Position numbers and translations under genes: made by a program
Shown: one piece after another, positions 26,517 to 36,728 of the stretch
How positions within the stretch are numbered: the first letter of the stretch is position 1
How the letters are laid out: each line of letters starts with the position of its first letter
Assembly (NCBI GenBank): GCA_011192125.1
Contig: DUEL01000019.1
Location: forward strand, 2,374-66,373
DNA from: Thermoflexia bacterium
GTDB taxonomy: Bacteria > Chloroflexota > Anaerolineae > B4-G1 > DUEL01
DNA: 64,000 bases
Reading direction: 5' to 3'
The notes under the pieces: generated by a model
What the model was told of the DNA's origin: nothing
Database searches by the model: none
The model's input: the letters and a program-made list of their open reading frames with translations, nothing else

Positions 26517-27866
26517 CTACCCTACCAACTCCCTCGCGATCCGATTGTGCCGCTCCACCACCGGTCCCAGGTCCACCGTCAGTAAGTGTCCCTCCTCCAC
26601 CACCACTCGCCCGTTGATGACCGAGAGGTCCACCCGCTGCGGCGTGCAGAAGACCAGGGCCGCCATCGGGTCGTGGAGTGCGCCAGCGTAATCCACCCGG
26701 TCCAGCCGGAACCCGATGAAGTCCGCCGCCTTGCCCGGGGCCAACTGCCCGATGTCGTCCCGGCCCAACACCGCCGCTCCTCCCCGCGTCGCCAGCCACA
26801 GCGCCTCTCGCGCGGAGAGGCCGGCCGGATTGCCGGAGACCCGCTGCAACAGGAGCGCCATCCGCGCCTCGGCCAGCATATGGGAGGAATCGTTGCTCGC
26901 CGAGCCGTCCACCCCCAGCCCCACCCGGACCCCCCTATCTAGGTAAGCCCGCACCGGCGCGATGCCCGAGGCCAGCCGCATGTTGGAACTGGGGCAATGG
27001 CAGACCCCCGTCCCCGTCCGCGCCAGAAGGTCGATCTCCTGATCGTTGATGTAGACACCGTGAGCGTACCACACGTCGTCGCCCACCCAGCCCAGGTCCT
27101 CCGCGTACTCCACCGGCCGGCAGCCGAACTTTTCCAGACAGAACCGCTCCTCGTCCAGCGTCTCCGCCAGGTGGGTGTGGAGGTGGACCCCATAGGACCG
27201 TGCCAGCGTGGCCGCTTCCCGCATCAGGTCCGGCGTCACCGAGAAAGGAGAACACGGCGCGACGACGATGCGTACCATCGCATACGGCTCGGGGTTGTGG
27301 TACGCCTCAATGGCTCGCTGAGTATCTTTGAGGATGAAGTCCTCGTCCTCCACCACCCGGTCGGGCGGGAGACCGCCCTTGCTCTCCCCCAGGCTCATCG
27401 ACCCCCGGCTGGCGTGGAAGCGGATGCCGATCTCCTGGGCAGCCCGGATCTCGTCGTCGATCCGGCAGCCGTTGGGATAGATGTAGAGATGGTCGGCAGC
27501 GGTGGTGCAGCCGGAGAGGACCAGTTCCGCCAGCCCGACCAACGCGCTGGTGTAGACGGCCTCCGGCGTCAGGTTGGCCCAGATCGGGTAGAGGGTTTTC
27601 AGCCACTGGAACAGCGTCGCGTCCTGCGCTGCCGGCACCGCCCGGGTCAGCGTCTGGTAGAGGTGATGGTGGGTGTTGACCAGCCCCGGCAGGACGATCA
27701 TCCCATCGGCGTCGATCACCTCATCGGCCTCGGAGGGCAACTCCGCCGTGGGGCCCACCCGCTCGATGACCCCATCGCGGACAAAAAGCCCCCCGTCGGG
27801 GATCCGCCGATCGCCGTCGTCCATCGTCACCAGCAGTTCGGCGTGTCTCAAGAGCAACGTGCCCAT
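26517..27866 (-). CDS. 8-oxoguanine deaminase-like amidohydrolase
   Basis: 449 aa. LPGLVNTHHHLYQTLTRAVPAAQDATLFQWLKTLYPIWANLTPE...SGCTTAADHLYIYPNG is typical of this amidohydrolase subfamily. Confidence 0.85.
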   Translation of the reverse strand: MGTLLLRHAELLVTMDDGDRRIPDGGLFVRDGVIERVGPTAELPSEADEVIDADGMIVLPGLVNTHHHLYQTLTRAVPAAQDATLFQWLKTLYPIWANLTPEAVYTSALVGLAELVLSGCTTAADHLYIYPNGCRIDDEIRAAQEIGIRFHASRGSMSLGESKGGLPPDRVVEDEDFILKDTQRAIEAYHNPEPYAMVRIVVAPCSPFSVTPDLMREAATLARSYGVHLHTHLAETLDEERFCLEKFGCRPVEYAEDLGWVGDDVWYAHGVYINDQEIDLLARTGTGVCHCPSSNMRLASGIAPVRAYLDRGVRVGLGVDGSASNDSSHMLAEARMALLLQRVSGNPAGLSAREALWLATRGGAAVLGRDDIGQLAPGKAADFIGFRLDRVDYAGALHDPMAALVFCTPQRVDLSVINGRVVVEEGHLLTVDLGPVVERHNRIARELVG

Positions 27867-27888
27867 CGTTCCTCCTGCAGTCTGTCTT

Positions 27889-27960
27889 CCACCACAGAGA
27901 CACGGAGGGCACCGAGGTCTTCAGATTTTTTTCTCCGTGGTTCTCTGTGACTCCGTGGTG
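27889..27960. repeat. Palindromic intergenic element, CTCTGTGTC family (CACGGAG variant)
   Basis: CCACCACAGAGACACGGAGGGCACCGAGG ... CTCCGTGGTTCTCTGTGACTCCGTGGTG. Confidence 0.8.
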
Positions 27961-27988
27961 CTATTGAGTGTAGCACATCCCCTTGCCT

Positions 27989-28017
27989 TTGACAAAGGTC
28001 GAAACTTGTGGTATAAA
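27989..28017 (+). promoter_or_regulatory. Candidate tRNA promoter TTGACA-17 nt-TATAAA
   Basis: Consensus -35, 17-nt spacer. The -10 ends 10 nt before the tRNA 5' end. Confidence 0.65.
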
Positions 28018-28027
28018 CAGAACGCGT

Positions 28028-29508
<1,481 letters not shown>

Positions 29509-29512
29509 CGAG

Positions 29513-30118
29513 GTGCGACTGGGCGTCCTCGGCGGCACGTTCGACCCACCCCATTACGGCCACCTCCACCTGGCGCAGGTCGCTCTCGACCAGTTGAGTC
29601 TGGACCGCGTCCTCTTCGTCCCGGCAGGACAGCCCCCCCACAAGCCGGACCAACCCATCACCCCCGCCCTCCATCGTGAGGCGATGGTCTCCCTGGCGAT
29701 CGCCGACGATGAGAGGTTCATCCTCTCCCGGGCCGACCTGGACCGACCCGGCCCCCACTACACCGCCGACCTGCTCGCCATCCTGCGCCGGGCCTACCCA
29801 GAAGCCGACCTGTATTTCCTGATGGGCAGCGACAGCCTGGCCCAGTTCCTCACCTGGCATGACCCCGCCCGCATCGCGGCCCAGGCGAAACTGGCGGTGC
29901 TGCCCCGGCCCGGATGGGAGGCCGATCTGGAAGCTCTGGAGAAGGCGATCCCCGGCATCCGCGACCGTATCGTCTGGCTCGAGGGATCGATGATGGACGT
30001 CGCCGGGACCGAGATCCGCCGCCGAATCGCCGAGGGCTGGCCCATCTCCGGGATGGTCCCTCCAGCGGTAGAGACCTACATCCGGCGGCACCACCTCTAC
30101 GGAGGGCAACAGCCATAG
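29513..30118 (+). CDS. nadD: Nicotinate-nucleotide adenylyltransferase
   Basis: 201 aa. GVLGGTFDPPHYGHL, with the usual obg-nadD adjacency. GTG start. Confidence 0.9.
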   Translation: MRLGVLGGTFDPPHYGHLHLAQVALDQLSLDRVLFVPAGQPPHKPDQPITPALHREAMVSLAIADDERFILSRADLDRPGPHYTADLLAILRRAYPEADLYFLMGSDSLAQFLTWHDPARIAAQAKLAVLPRPGWEADLEALEKAIPGIRDRIVWLEGSMMDVAGTEIRRRIAEGWPISGMVPPAVETYIRRHHLYGGQQP

Positions 30119-30123
30119 GCCCA

Positions 30124-30729
30124 ATGATCGCTCCACCGGATTGCCGACGCTGCCCGGCGCTGGCCGCTAACCGGAACCGCGTGGTCGGTGGCTATGGGGC
30201 CGTCCCCGCCACGGTGATGTTCGTCGGCGAAGCGCCAGGCCGCCACGGGGCGGACCTCACCGGCGTCCCCTTCACCCGCGATCGGTCCGGCCGCCGCCTC
30301 CAGGCGATCCTGATCCGGATGGGCCTTTCCTCAGAAAGCAACCCTGCCGCCGAGCGACCGCGCCTGCGAGGCTGCTACCTGACCAACGTGGTCCGCTGCA
30401 ACCCACCGGGGAACCGCCGCCCCACCGCATCGGAGACAGCCGCCTGCCTGCTGTACCTGCTGGAGGAGATCGCCCACGTCCGTCCCCGCATCCTGGTGCC
30501 GGTCGGCCTGTTGGCCTCCCAGGCCCTGCTGGGATGGCTGGGACTGCCTGCGGGACGGATGCGGGACCTCCACGCCCGTCCCATCCCCGTCCCGTCAGGC
30601 ATCGGGCCGGACGGGCTGCAGTTCATCCTCCCCCTCCGCCACCCCTCCCGCGCCAGCAACGCGGAACTGGACCGGTTCGCCCGTGCCCTGTCCGATCTTT
30701 TGTGGACCACAGAGACACAGGGATTTTAA
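30124..30729 (+). CDS. Uracil-DNA glycosylase, family 4-like
   Basis: Start at MIAPPDCRRCPAL. VMFVGEAPGRHGADLTGVPFT, NVVRCNPPGNRRP, LRHPS. The last ~8 codons are encoded by the repeat at 30704-30756. Confidence 0.8.
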   Translation: MIAPPDCRRCPALAANRNRVVGGYGAVPATVMFVGEAPGRHGADLTGVPFTRDRSGRRLQAILIRMGLSSESNPAAERPRLRGCYLTNVVRCNPPGNRRPTASETAACLLYLLEEIAHVRPRILVPVGLLASQALLGWLGLPAGRMRDLHARPIPVPSGIGPDGLQFILPLRHPSRASNAELDRFARALSDLLWTTETQGF

Positions 30730-30756
30730 CGGTGCTCTCTCTGCCTCTGTGGTAAG
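30704..30756. repeat. Palindromic intergenic element, CTCTGTGTC family (short copy)
   Basis: GGACCACAGAGACACAGGG ... CTCTCTCTGCCTCTGTGG. Confidence 0.75.
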
Positions 30757-30869
30757 CCAACATTCCCCGCTGGGGTTTGCACAAGAGTTCGGACATACCC
30801 AATCCGCCCCGCCGTAAACAGACGGGGCCGGCAGGACATCGATCCAGCACCGGCTCTTCACAGATGTAC

Positions 30870-30898
30870 TTGACACCCCCCTCCCCGTCCAGTATCAT
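30870..30898 (+). promoter_or_regulatory. Candidate promoter TTGACA-17 nt-TATCAT, 7 nt before the cca ATG (leaderless)
   Basis: Read directly. Consensus -35, ideal spacer, and no SD between the -10 and ATG 30906. Confidence 0.55.
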
Positions 30899-30905
30899 AC
30901 CCTCG

Positions 30906-32435
30906 ATGAGCATCCACATCACCCTTCCCCGATGGCCCTGGGAGCCGATCCGCGCCATTGCCGACCGGCGCGGGGTCGCCATCTGGCCAGTGGGCGGCAT
31001 CGTGCGGGACATGCTGCTGGGCCGTCCCCTGCACGATTGGGACTTCGCCGTCGAGCGGGACGCGATGGGGCTGGCCCGCGCCGTCGCCGACGCCCTTGAC
31101 GGAGCGTATTTCCCACTGGACGAGGAGCGGGACACGGCACGGGTGGTGGTGCGCGATCGGCGCGGCCGCCGGGTCGAACTGGACTTCGCCAGGCTGCGCG
31201 GGGAGACCCTCCTGGCCGATCTGCGGGGTCGAGACTTCACCCTCAACGCGATGGCAGTGGAGCCGGAGGGAGTGTTGATCGACCCCCTCGGAGGACTGGC
31301 CGACCTGCAGGCCCGGCTTGTCCGCGCCATCGGCCCCCAGGCCTTCGACGCCGATCCCCTCCGGATGCTGCGGGCCGTCCGACTGGCGGCCGAACTGGAG
31401 ATGCGGTTGGAGGCCAAGACGGCCGCCTGGATCATCCAGCGGGCCGAGAGCCTCACCCAGGCCTCACCGGAACGGATCCGCGACGAGTTCGTCCGCATCC
31501 TCGCCACCCCCTCCCCCGCCGAACACGTCCACATGCTGGACGAGTTGCGGCTGCTGGCCCAGGTGATCCCCGAGGTGGACCCTCTCAAGGAGCAGCCTCA
31601 ATCCCCTCCGCACCGGTTCGACGTCTGGTGGCACACGCTGCTGGTGATCGACGCGGTGGCGGGCATCCTCGACATCGTGTATGGCCGCCCCCCCTTCCCC
31701 CGCCTGTACGCCGACACGACGGAGCAGGCCTGGGACGACGTGAAAACCCTACTGGGGCCGTTCGTCCCCCACCTGCGCCGCCACCTCTCCGTCCGACTGC
31801 GAGGAGGAAGAAAGCGTCGGGTCCTTCTGGTGCTGGCCGCTCTCTGTCACGACCTGGGCAAGCCGGTCACCTGCACTGAGGACGACCAGGGGCGCCTCCA
31901 CTTCTACGGCCACGAGCGGGAGGGGGCCAAGATCACGACCCGTCGGCTGCGCCACCTGCGTTTCAGTCAATCGGAGGTGAAGCGGGTCGCCACGGTGGTC
32001 CGCGCCCACCTACGACCGGGCCACCTGGCGCGGGTCCAGGGCCCGGTGACCCGCCGGGCGATCTACCGCTTCTTCCGGGATACCGGCAGCGCGGGCGTCG
32101 AGGTCAACCTGCTGAGCCTGGCCGACCACCTCGCCACCTGGGGACCCAACCTGGAGCCGGACCGCTGGGCGCGGCGGCTGGAGGTCGGTCGGTTGCTCCT
32201 GAGCCACTACTTCGAGCGGCACGAGGAGACCATCGCGCCGAAGCCGCTGGTGGACGGGCGGGAACTGATCGAGAGCCTGGGGATCGAGGAGGGTCCCCAG
32301 GTCGGGCGACTGCTGGCGGCGATCCGGGAGGCACAGGCGGCGGGAGAGGTGCGCACGCGGGAGGAGGCATTGGCCCTCGCCCGTCGATTAAAGGGGAAAG
32401 GCGCAGAGGACGCAGAGGAACCCCCGAGAGATTGA
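30906..32435 (+). CDS. cca: CCA-adding tRNA nucleotidyltransferase / poly(A) polymerase family with HD domain
   Basis: VGGIVRDMLLGRPLHDWDFAV, RDFTLNAMAV, DPLRMLRAVRLAAEL, HD region CHDLGKP. C-terminal KGKGAEDAEE is encoded by a repeat arm. Confidence 0.85.
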   Translation: MSIHITLPRWPWEPIRAIADRRGVAIWPVGGIVRDMLLGRPLHDWDFAVERDAMGLARAVADALDGAYFPLDEERDTARVVVRDRRGRRVELDFARLRGETLLADLRGRDFTLNAMAVEPEGVLIDPLGGLADLQARLVRAIGPQAFDADPLRMLRAVRLAAELEMRLEAKTAAWIIQRAESLTQASPERIRDEFVRILATPSPAEHVHMLDELRLLAQVIPEVDPLKEQPQSPPHRFDVWWHTLLVIDAVAGILDIVYGRPPFPRLYADTTEQAWDDVKTLLGPFVPHLRRHLSVRLRGGRKRRVLLVLAALCHDLGKPVTCTEDDQGRLHFYGHEREGAKITTRRLRHLRFSQSEVKRVATVVRAHLRPGHLARVQGPVTRRAIYRFFRDTGSAGVEVNLLSLADHLATWGPNLEPDRWARRLEVGRLLLSHYFERHEETIAPKPLVDGRELIESLGIEEGPQVGRLLAAIREAQAAGEVRTREEALALARRLKGKGAEDAEEPPRD

Positions 32436-32515
32436 AGGTCCACCCAGCATCCCGCAGGTTACAAGGAACCTGCGGGAGGCTCCTCTCAAAAGACCTCTGC
32501 GCCGTTGCGGTGAAA
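32397..32515. repeat. Diverged palindromic element (CGCAGAGG variant) with inner hairpin
   Basis: Left arm GGCGCAGAGGACGCAGAGG (32400-32418), right arm CCTCTGCGCCGTTGCGGTG (32494-32512). The arms overlap the 3' ends of both convergent genes. Confidence 0.6.
32451..32476. terminator. Hairpin between convergent cca and DUF2877 genes
   Basis: CCCGCAGG-ttacaaggaa-CCTGCGGG, an 8-bp stem with no T-run. Confidence 0.4.
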
Positions 32516-33370
32516 ACACCCACTCAGGAACCCCGCCAGCGCGTCGGCCCCTGAGGTCGCCCCGTGGGACAGGACCTCCTCTATCGCGGGCAGGATCGCC
32601 GTCTCGTCCCCTCCGGCAAGGGCAGCCAACAACCGGTGCCAGGAGACGCTGCACTCCCCCGCCGCCGCAACCCACAAGAAGGCCGCCGAAAGCATGGTGG
32701 TCAACGGCGCGGCTGCTTCGGCCACCGCCCGGCAGAAGGAGGCCGGGTCAGGGTGAGCCAGCCAGGCCCAGAGCATCATCCCGGTCAGGAAGTCATCCCC
32801 CGCCGGGGTCAGGCCCCCGCCCAGCCCAGCCAGCCGGGCCACGCCCTCCTGCAACGCACCGAGGTCCCCCTCCCACCCTCGCCGCAGCAAGCCCAGCCCC
32901 TCCCGAGCCCGCGCAAGCACCGCGTCGTGGCGGTCGGACGTCGTGATCGAGGGATCCGCCAACAAGGCTAACAGGCTCTCCCCCGCCGTGCGCTCCAGAG
33001 CCAGATCGCGCACGGTCGGCAGGCGGGCTTCGATCGCTGCCCGGCGGGCCCGCAGCGCGCTCCAATTTGGCTGGGGCTCCCACACTGTCACCCCCGTCAG
33101 ATCCACCCGCAGACGGCCCACGACGATGGTCAAGGAGGTCAACCGTGCGGCCATCCCGGCTTGCAGGCCGTCGAACAGGCCAGGGCTGTTCTCCACCACC
33201 ACGTTGAGCGGTCCCTCCCCCACCGCCGGAAGGACCAGGCCGATCACCTCTCCGTCCGCGGTCAACAGATCGCAGGCGTGGTCGAACACAGCAAGGACCC
33301 GCGCCGGCGCGGGTCCCTCCTGCACTCGGCTCCATACCCTCCGGCTTATGGTCCGGGCGATGGCTCTCAT
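32486..33370 (-). CDS. DUF2877 / AllH-like protein
   Basis: 294 aa. LAGLGGGLTPAGDDFLTGMM motif typical of the family. 17 nt downstream of the amidohydrolase gene. Confidence 0.7.
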   Translation of the reverse strand: MRAIARTISRRVWSRVQEGPAPARVLAVFDHACDLLTADGEVIGLVLPAVGEGPLNVVVENSPGLFDGLQAGMAARLTSLTIVVGRLRVDLTGVTVWEPQPNWSALRARRAAIEARLPTVRDLALERTAGESLLALLADPSITTSDRHDAVLARAREGLGLLRRGWEGDLGALQEGVARLAGLGGGLTPAGDDFLTGMMLWAWLAHPDPASFCRAVAEAAAPLTTMLSAAFLWVAAAGECSVSWHRLLAALAGGDETAILPAIEEVLSHGATSGADALAGFLSGCFHRNGAEVF

Positions 33371-33387
33371 ACCTGCGAGCGAAAAAC

Positions 33388-34599
33388 CTACGGCACGTCC
33401 TCCACCAACCGGCCGTGGCTGATCACGTAGGCAGGGGGCTCGTGGTGACGGAACGCCTCCAGGACGTCCGGCTGGGTCAACACGACCAGGTGAGCCGTCT
33501 TACCGACCTCCAGCCCGTAATCGGAGATCCCCATCGCCTGCGCGGCTTTGACGGTGATCATATCGTACAACGTCTCCATCTCCGCGCGGGTCGTCATCCA
33601 GAGGAGGTGGGAGGCCAGGAAGGCCACCTCCAGCATGTTGTTGCGGCCGTAGGGGTAGTAAGCATCGGAGATGTCGTCCTGGCCCAGGCAGACCAGCGCA
33701 CCCTCCTCTAGCAGCTCCTTGACCCGAGCGTGCAGCGGCCCGGTCTGCGGGTCGCTGACCACCCCCATCTGGGCCTGCTTGAGGAGCGCGGCCACTTTCT
33801 GGAAGTAGGGCTTGGGGTACAGCTCCATCGCCCGGGCGTGGTGGGCCAGCGACCGGCCGTGCCATCCCTCTTCGATGGTCTTCACCGCCAGCATCTCCAG
33901 CGTCCGCAGGCCAGGATCGCCCGCGTCGTCCACCAGCATCGAGATGGGCTTGTCGTACTCCTTGGCGATCTTGAACATCTCGTCGATGTGCCTCTGGGCA
34001 GCATCGTCGGTGTACTCGATCCAGGGGATCCCCCCGACCACGTCGGCCCCCAGGTCCATCGCCTGCCGGACCAGGTCGGCCGCGCCCGGCTCGCGGACCA
34101 CGCCATCCTGAGGGAAGGCCACCACCTGCACGTCGACGATCCCCTTGAACTCCTCCCGCGCCCGAATCAGCGCTTTGACCCCTTCCATCTTCGCCTTGGT
34201 GTCCACATCGGCGAAGGCGCGGATGTGGGTGTTGCCGAAGCGGGCCGCCTCCCGCAGCGCCTTGCGGACGTTCTCAATGATCCAGGATTCGTCGTACTTC
34301 TCCTTGACGCGAGCGGCCAACTCGATGGCCGTCATCGCCTTCCCCATCCCCTCACCGTGGTAATCCTTAAGGGCCTCCTCGTCCATCATCTGGAGCGTGT
34401 AAACCTTACATAAGTGCAAGTGAGGATTGACGAAAGACTCCGTCACCAGGTTGCCCTGGGCGTCGATCTCCTTACTCGCCTGCCCCTCGATGCGCTCCTC
34501 AATGGCAGCGATTCGGCCATCGGCGATGCCGATGTCGAACAGGCCGCCGGAGCGACCGCGTAGCCTCGCCCGTCGGATGAGAATGTCAAACTCGGCCAT
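33388..34599 (-). CDS. Cytosine-deaminase-like amidohydrolase
   Basis: 403 aa. FVNPHLHLCKV metal-binding HxH, and HIRAFADVD. SD GGAGGAGG. Confidence 0.8.
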   Translation of the reverse strand: MAEFDILIRRARLRGRSGGLFDIGIADGRIAAIEERIEGQASKEIDAQGNLVTESFVNPHLHLCKVYTLQMMDEEALKDYHGEGMGKAMTAIELAARVKEKYDESWIIENVRKALREAARFGNTHIRAFADVDTKAKMEGVKALIRAREEFKGIVDVQVVAFPQDGVVREPGAADLVRQAMDLGADVVGGIPWIEYTDDAAQRHIDEMFKIAKEYDKPISMLVDDAGDPGLRTLEMLAVKTIEEGWHGRSLAHHARAMELYPKPYFQKVAALLKQAQMGVVSDPQTGPLHARVKELLEEGALVCLGQDDISDAYYPYGRNNMLEVAFLASHLLWMTTRAEMETLYDMITVKAAQAMGISDYGLEVGKTAHLVVLTQPDVLEAFRHHEPPAYVISHGRLVEDVP

Positions 34600-34812
34600 T
34601 CCAAACCTCCTCCTGGAGTATGATCCCTAAGGTGGGCTCATTATATTCTCCCCCCTTCCTGTGTCAACTTCACCCTTGACACCACACCGAAATTGGAATA
34701 AGATAATGATGCACCTGGACAATTGGATCCCCTGTCCTCCGACCCACTTCGCTCCCTCTGGGACGGGTGGGCGATAAGGTGTGGGGAGCAATTCCCACGC
34801 CCGCCGTATTTG

Positions 34813-34867
34813 CAAAGGAGGCTTTCCACCGACCGATGAACCCGCCGGTCGGCGAGGGCCTCCTTTG
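34813..34867 (+). other. Perfect 10-bp-stem nested hairpin in the AOR leader
   Basis: CAAAGGAGGC ... CCGACCG-loop-CGGTCGG ... GCCTCCTTTG, ~50 nt upstream of the AOR start. Function unknown. Confidence 0.4.
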
Positions 34868-34917
34868 TTGCTTTATGACGCGTGTCGTTTCCAGAGGTTG
34901 TACGAAAGGAGGTCAAT

Positions 34918-36660
34918 ATGCCGAAGATCCTGCGCGTCAACATGACGGATCGGACCGCAACCTACGAAGACGTGCCAGAGAGGTACAAGTTCCTCGGCGG
35001 CCGTGGCCTCACCTCCACCATCGTCTACGACGAAGTCGATCCGACCTGCCATCCCCTGGGTCCGAACAACAAACTGGTCTTCGCCCCCGGCATCGTCACC
35101 GGCACCAACGCACCCACCAGCGGGCGGGTCTCCGTCGGCGGGAAGTCCCCTCTCACCGGCGGCATCAAGGAGTCCAACGCTGGCTCCTCCTGGGTACAGG
35201 CGGTCGCCAAACTGGGCATCAAGGCCATCATCGTCGAGGGCTTCCCCAAGGAGAGCGGCTGGTGGGGCCTGTACATCACCAAGGACGGCGTCGAGTTCTT
35301 CCCCGCCGACGAGTACGCCGGCAGGGGCCTCTACGAGGTCTACCCACAACTGTTCGAGCGCTTCGGCAAGAAGGCCCACATCTGCTCCATCGGCGTGGCC
35401 GGTGAGATGAAGATGGCGATGGCCGGCGTCTGCTTCAACGACAACCACGGTCGGCCCAGCCGGTACTCCGGCCGCGGCGGCCTCGGCGCGGTGATGGGGT
35501 CCAAGGGGCTGAAGTTCATCGTCGTCGACGACACTGGGGCCCCTGGCGTAGAGATCGCCAACCCGGACCTCTTCAACCAGGGTCGCAAGAAACTGCTGGA
35601 AGCGCTTCGCCAGCACGACATCACGAAGCCGAAGGGCGGCCTGAACACCTATGGCACCGCCATCCTGGTCAACATCATCAACGAGGCAGGCGGCTACCCC
35701 ACCCGCAACTTCCGCGAGGGCCGCTTCGAGGGCGCAGCGGCCACCTCCGGCGAGGCGATCTTCGAGAACAACAAGAAGCGGCTGGGCAAGGAACTGTACA
35801 ACCACGCCTGCCATCCCGGCTGCGTCATCCAGTGCTCCAACACCTACTACGACGAGAAGGGCAACGAGATCGTCTCCTGCATCGAGTACGAGACCACCTG
35901 GGCGCTGGGGGCCAACTGCGGGATCGATAACCTGGAGGCCATCGGCAAACTGACCTGGCTCTGCAACGACCTGGGTCTGGACACCATCGAAGCGGGCGGC
36001 ACCATCGCCGTGGCGATGGACGCGGGGCTCCTGTCCTTCGGCGACTGGGAGGGTGCCATCCGACTGCTGGACGAAGAGGTCCGCAAGGGGACCCCGCTCG
36101 GCCACATCATCGGCAACGGCGCGGCCTTCACCGGCAAAGCCTTCGGCTGGTACCGCGTCCCCGGCGTCAAGGGGCAGAACATGCCCGCCTACGAGCCGCG
36201 CGCCATCAAGGGCATCGGCATCACCTACGCCATCAGCACGATGGGCGCCGATCACACCTCCGGCTACACCATCGCGCCGGAGATCCTCGGCGTGGGCGGC
36301 AAGGTGGATCAGTTCGACGTCAACAAAGCGGAACTGGCGCGCAATTTCCAGTACACCACCGCCTTCATCGACACCACCGGTCACTGCCTGTTCATCGCCT
36401 TCGCCATCCTGGACATCCCCAGCGGCTTCGAGGGAATGGTGGAGGAATGCGCCGGCCTCCTGGGCGCAGACTGGACCCCGGACGACGCAGCCCGCATCGG
36501 CAAGGAGATCATCGACCGCGAGTTGGCTTTCAACCGCGCGGCTGGCTTCACCAAGTCGGACGACCGGCTGCCGGAGTTCATGAAATACGAGAAACTACCG
36601 CCTCACAACGTCGTCTGGGACGTGCCCGACGAGGTGCTGGACGCCGTCTTCGGCGAGTGA
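34918..36660 (+). CDS. aor: Aldehyde:ferredoxin oxidoreductase (tungstopterin enzyme family)
   Basis: Start at MPKILRVNMTDRTATYEDVP behind AAAGGAGG. GGRGLTS, GRVSVGGKSPLTGGIKESNAGS, and a C-terminal AFOR domain. Confidence 0.9.
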   Translation: MPKILRVNMTDRTATYEDVPERYKFLGGRGLTSTIVYDEVDPTCHPLGPNNKLVFAPGIVTGTNAPTSGRVSVGGKSPLTGGIKESNAGSSWVQAVAKLGIKAIIVEGFPKESGWWGLYITKDGVEFFPADEYAGRGLYEVYPQLFERFGKKAHICSIGVAGEMKMAMAGVCFNDNHGRPSRYSGRGGLGAVMGSKGLKFIVVDDTGAPGVEIANPDLFNQGRKKLLEALRQHDITKPKGGLNTYGTAILVNIINEAGGYPTRNFREGRFEGAAATSGEAIFENNKKRLGKELYNHACHPGCVIQCSNTYYDEKGNEIVSCIEYETTWALGANCGIDNLEAIGKLTWLCNDLGLDTIEAGGTIAVAMDAGLLSFGDWEGAIRLLDEEVRKGTPLGHIIGNGAAFTGKAFGWYRVPGVKGQNMPAYEPRAIKGIGITYAISTMGADHTSGYTIAPEILGVGGKVDQFDVNKAELARNFQYTTAFIDTTGHCLFIAFAILDIPSGFEGMVEECAGLLGADWTPDDAARIGKEIIDRELAFNRAAGFTKSDDRLPEFMKYEKLPPHNVVWDVPDEVLDAVFGE

Positions 36661-36675
36661 TCCCCCTGCATCAGA

Positions 36676-36718
36676 GCGACCTCGGGGGCCTCGGCAGAGG
36701 TCTCCGAGGTCGCTTTTT
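36676..36718 (+). terminator. Rho-independent terminator after aor
   Basis: GCGACCTCGG ... CCGAGGTCGC followed by TTTTT. Confidence 0.75.
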
Positions 36719-36728
36719 GCAAAGGCCA

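Noticed and set aside
34813-34867. Calling the AOR leader hairpin a Moco/tungsten-cofactor riboswitch feature.
   Set aside because: I cannot reproduce the covariance-model consensus from memory, and the stem orientation does not obviously match what I recall. It is kept only as a hypothesis needing cmsearch.
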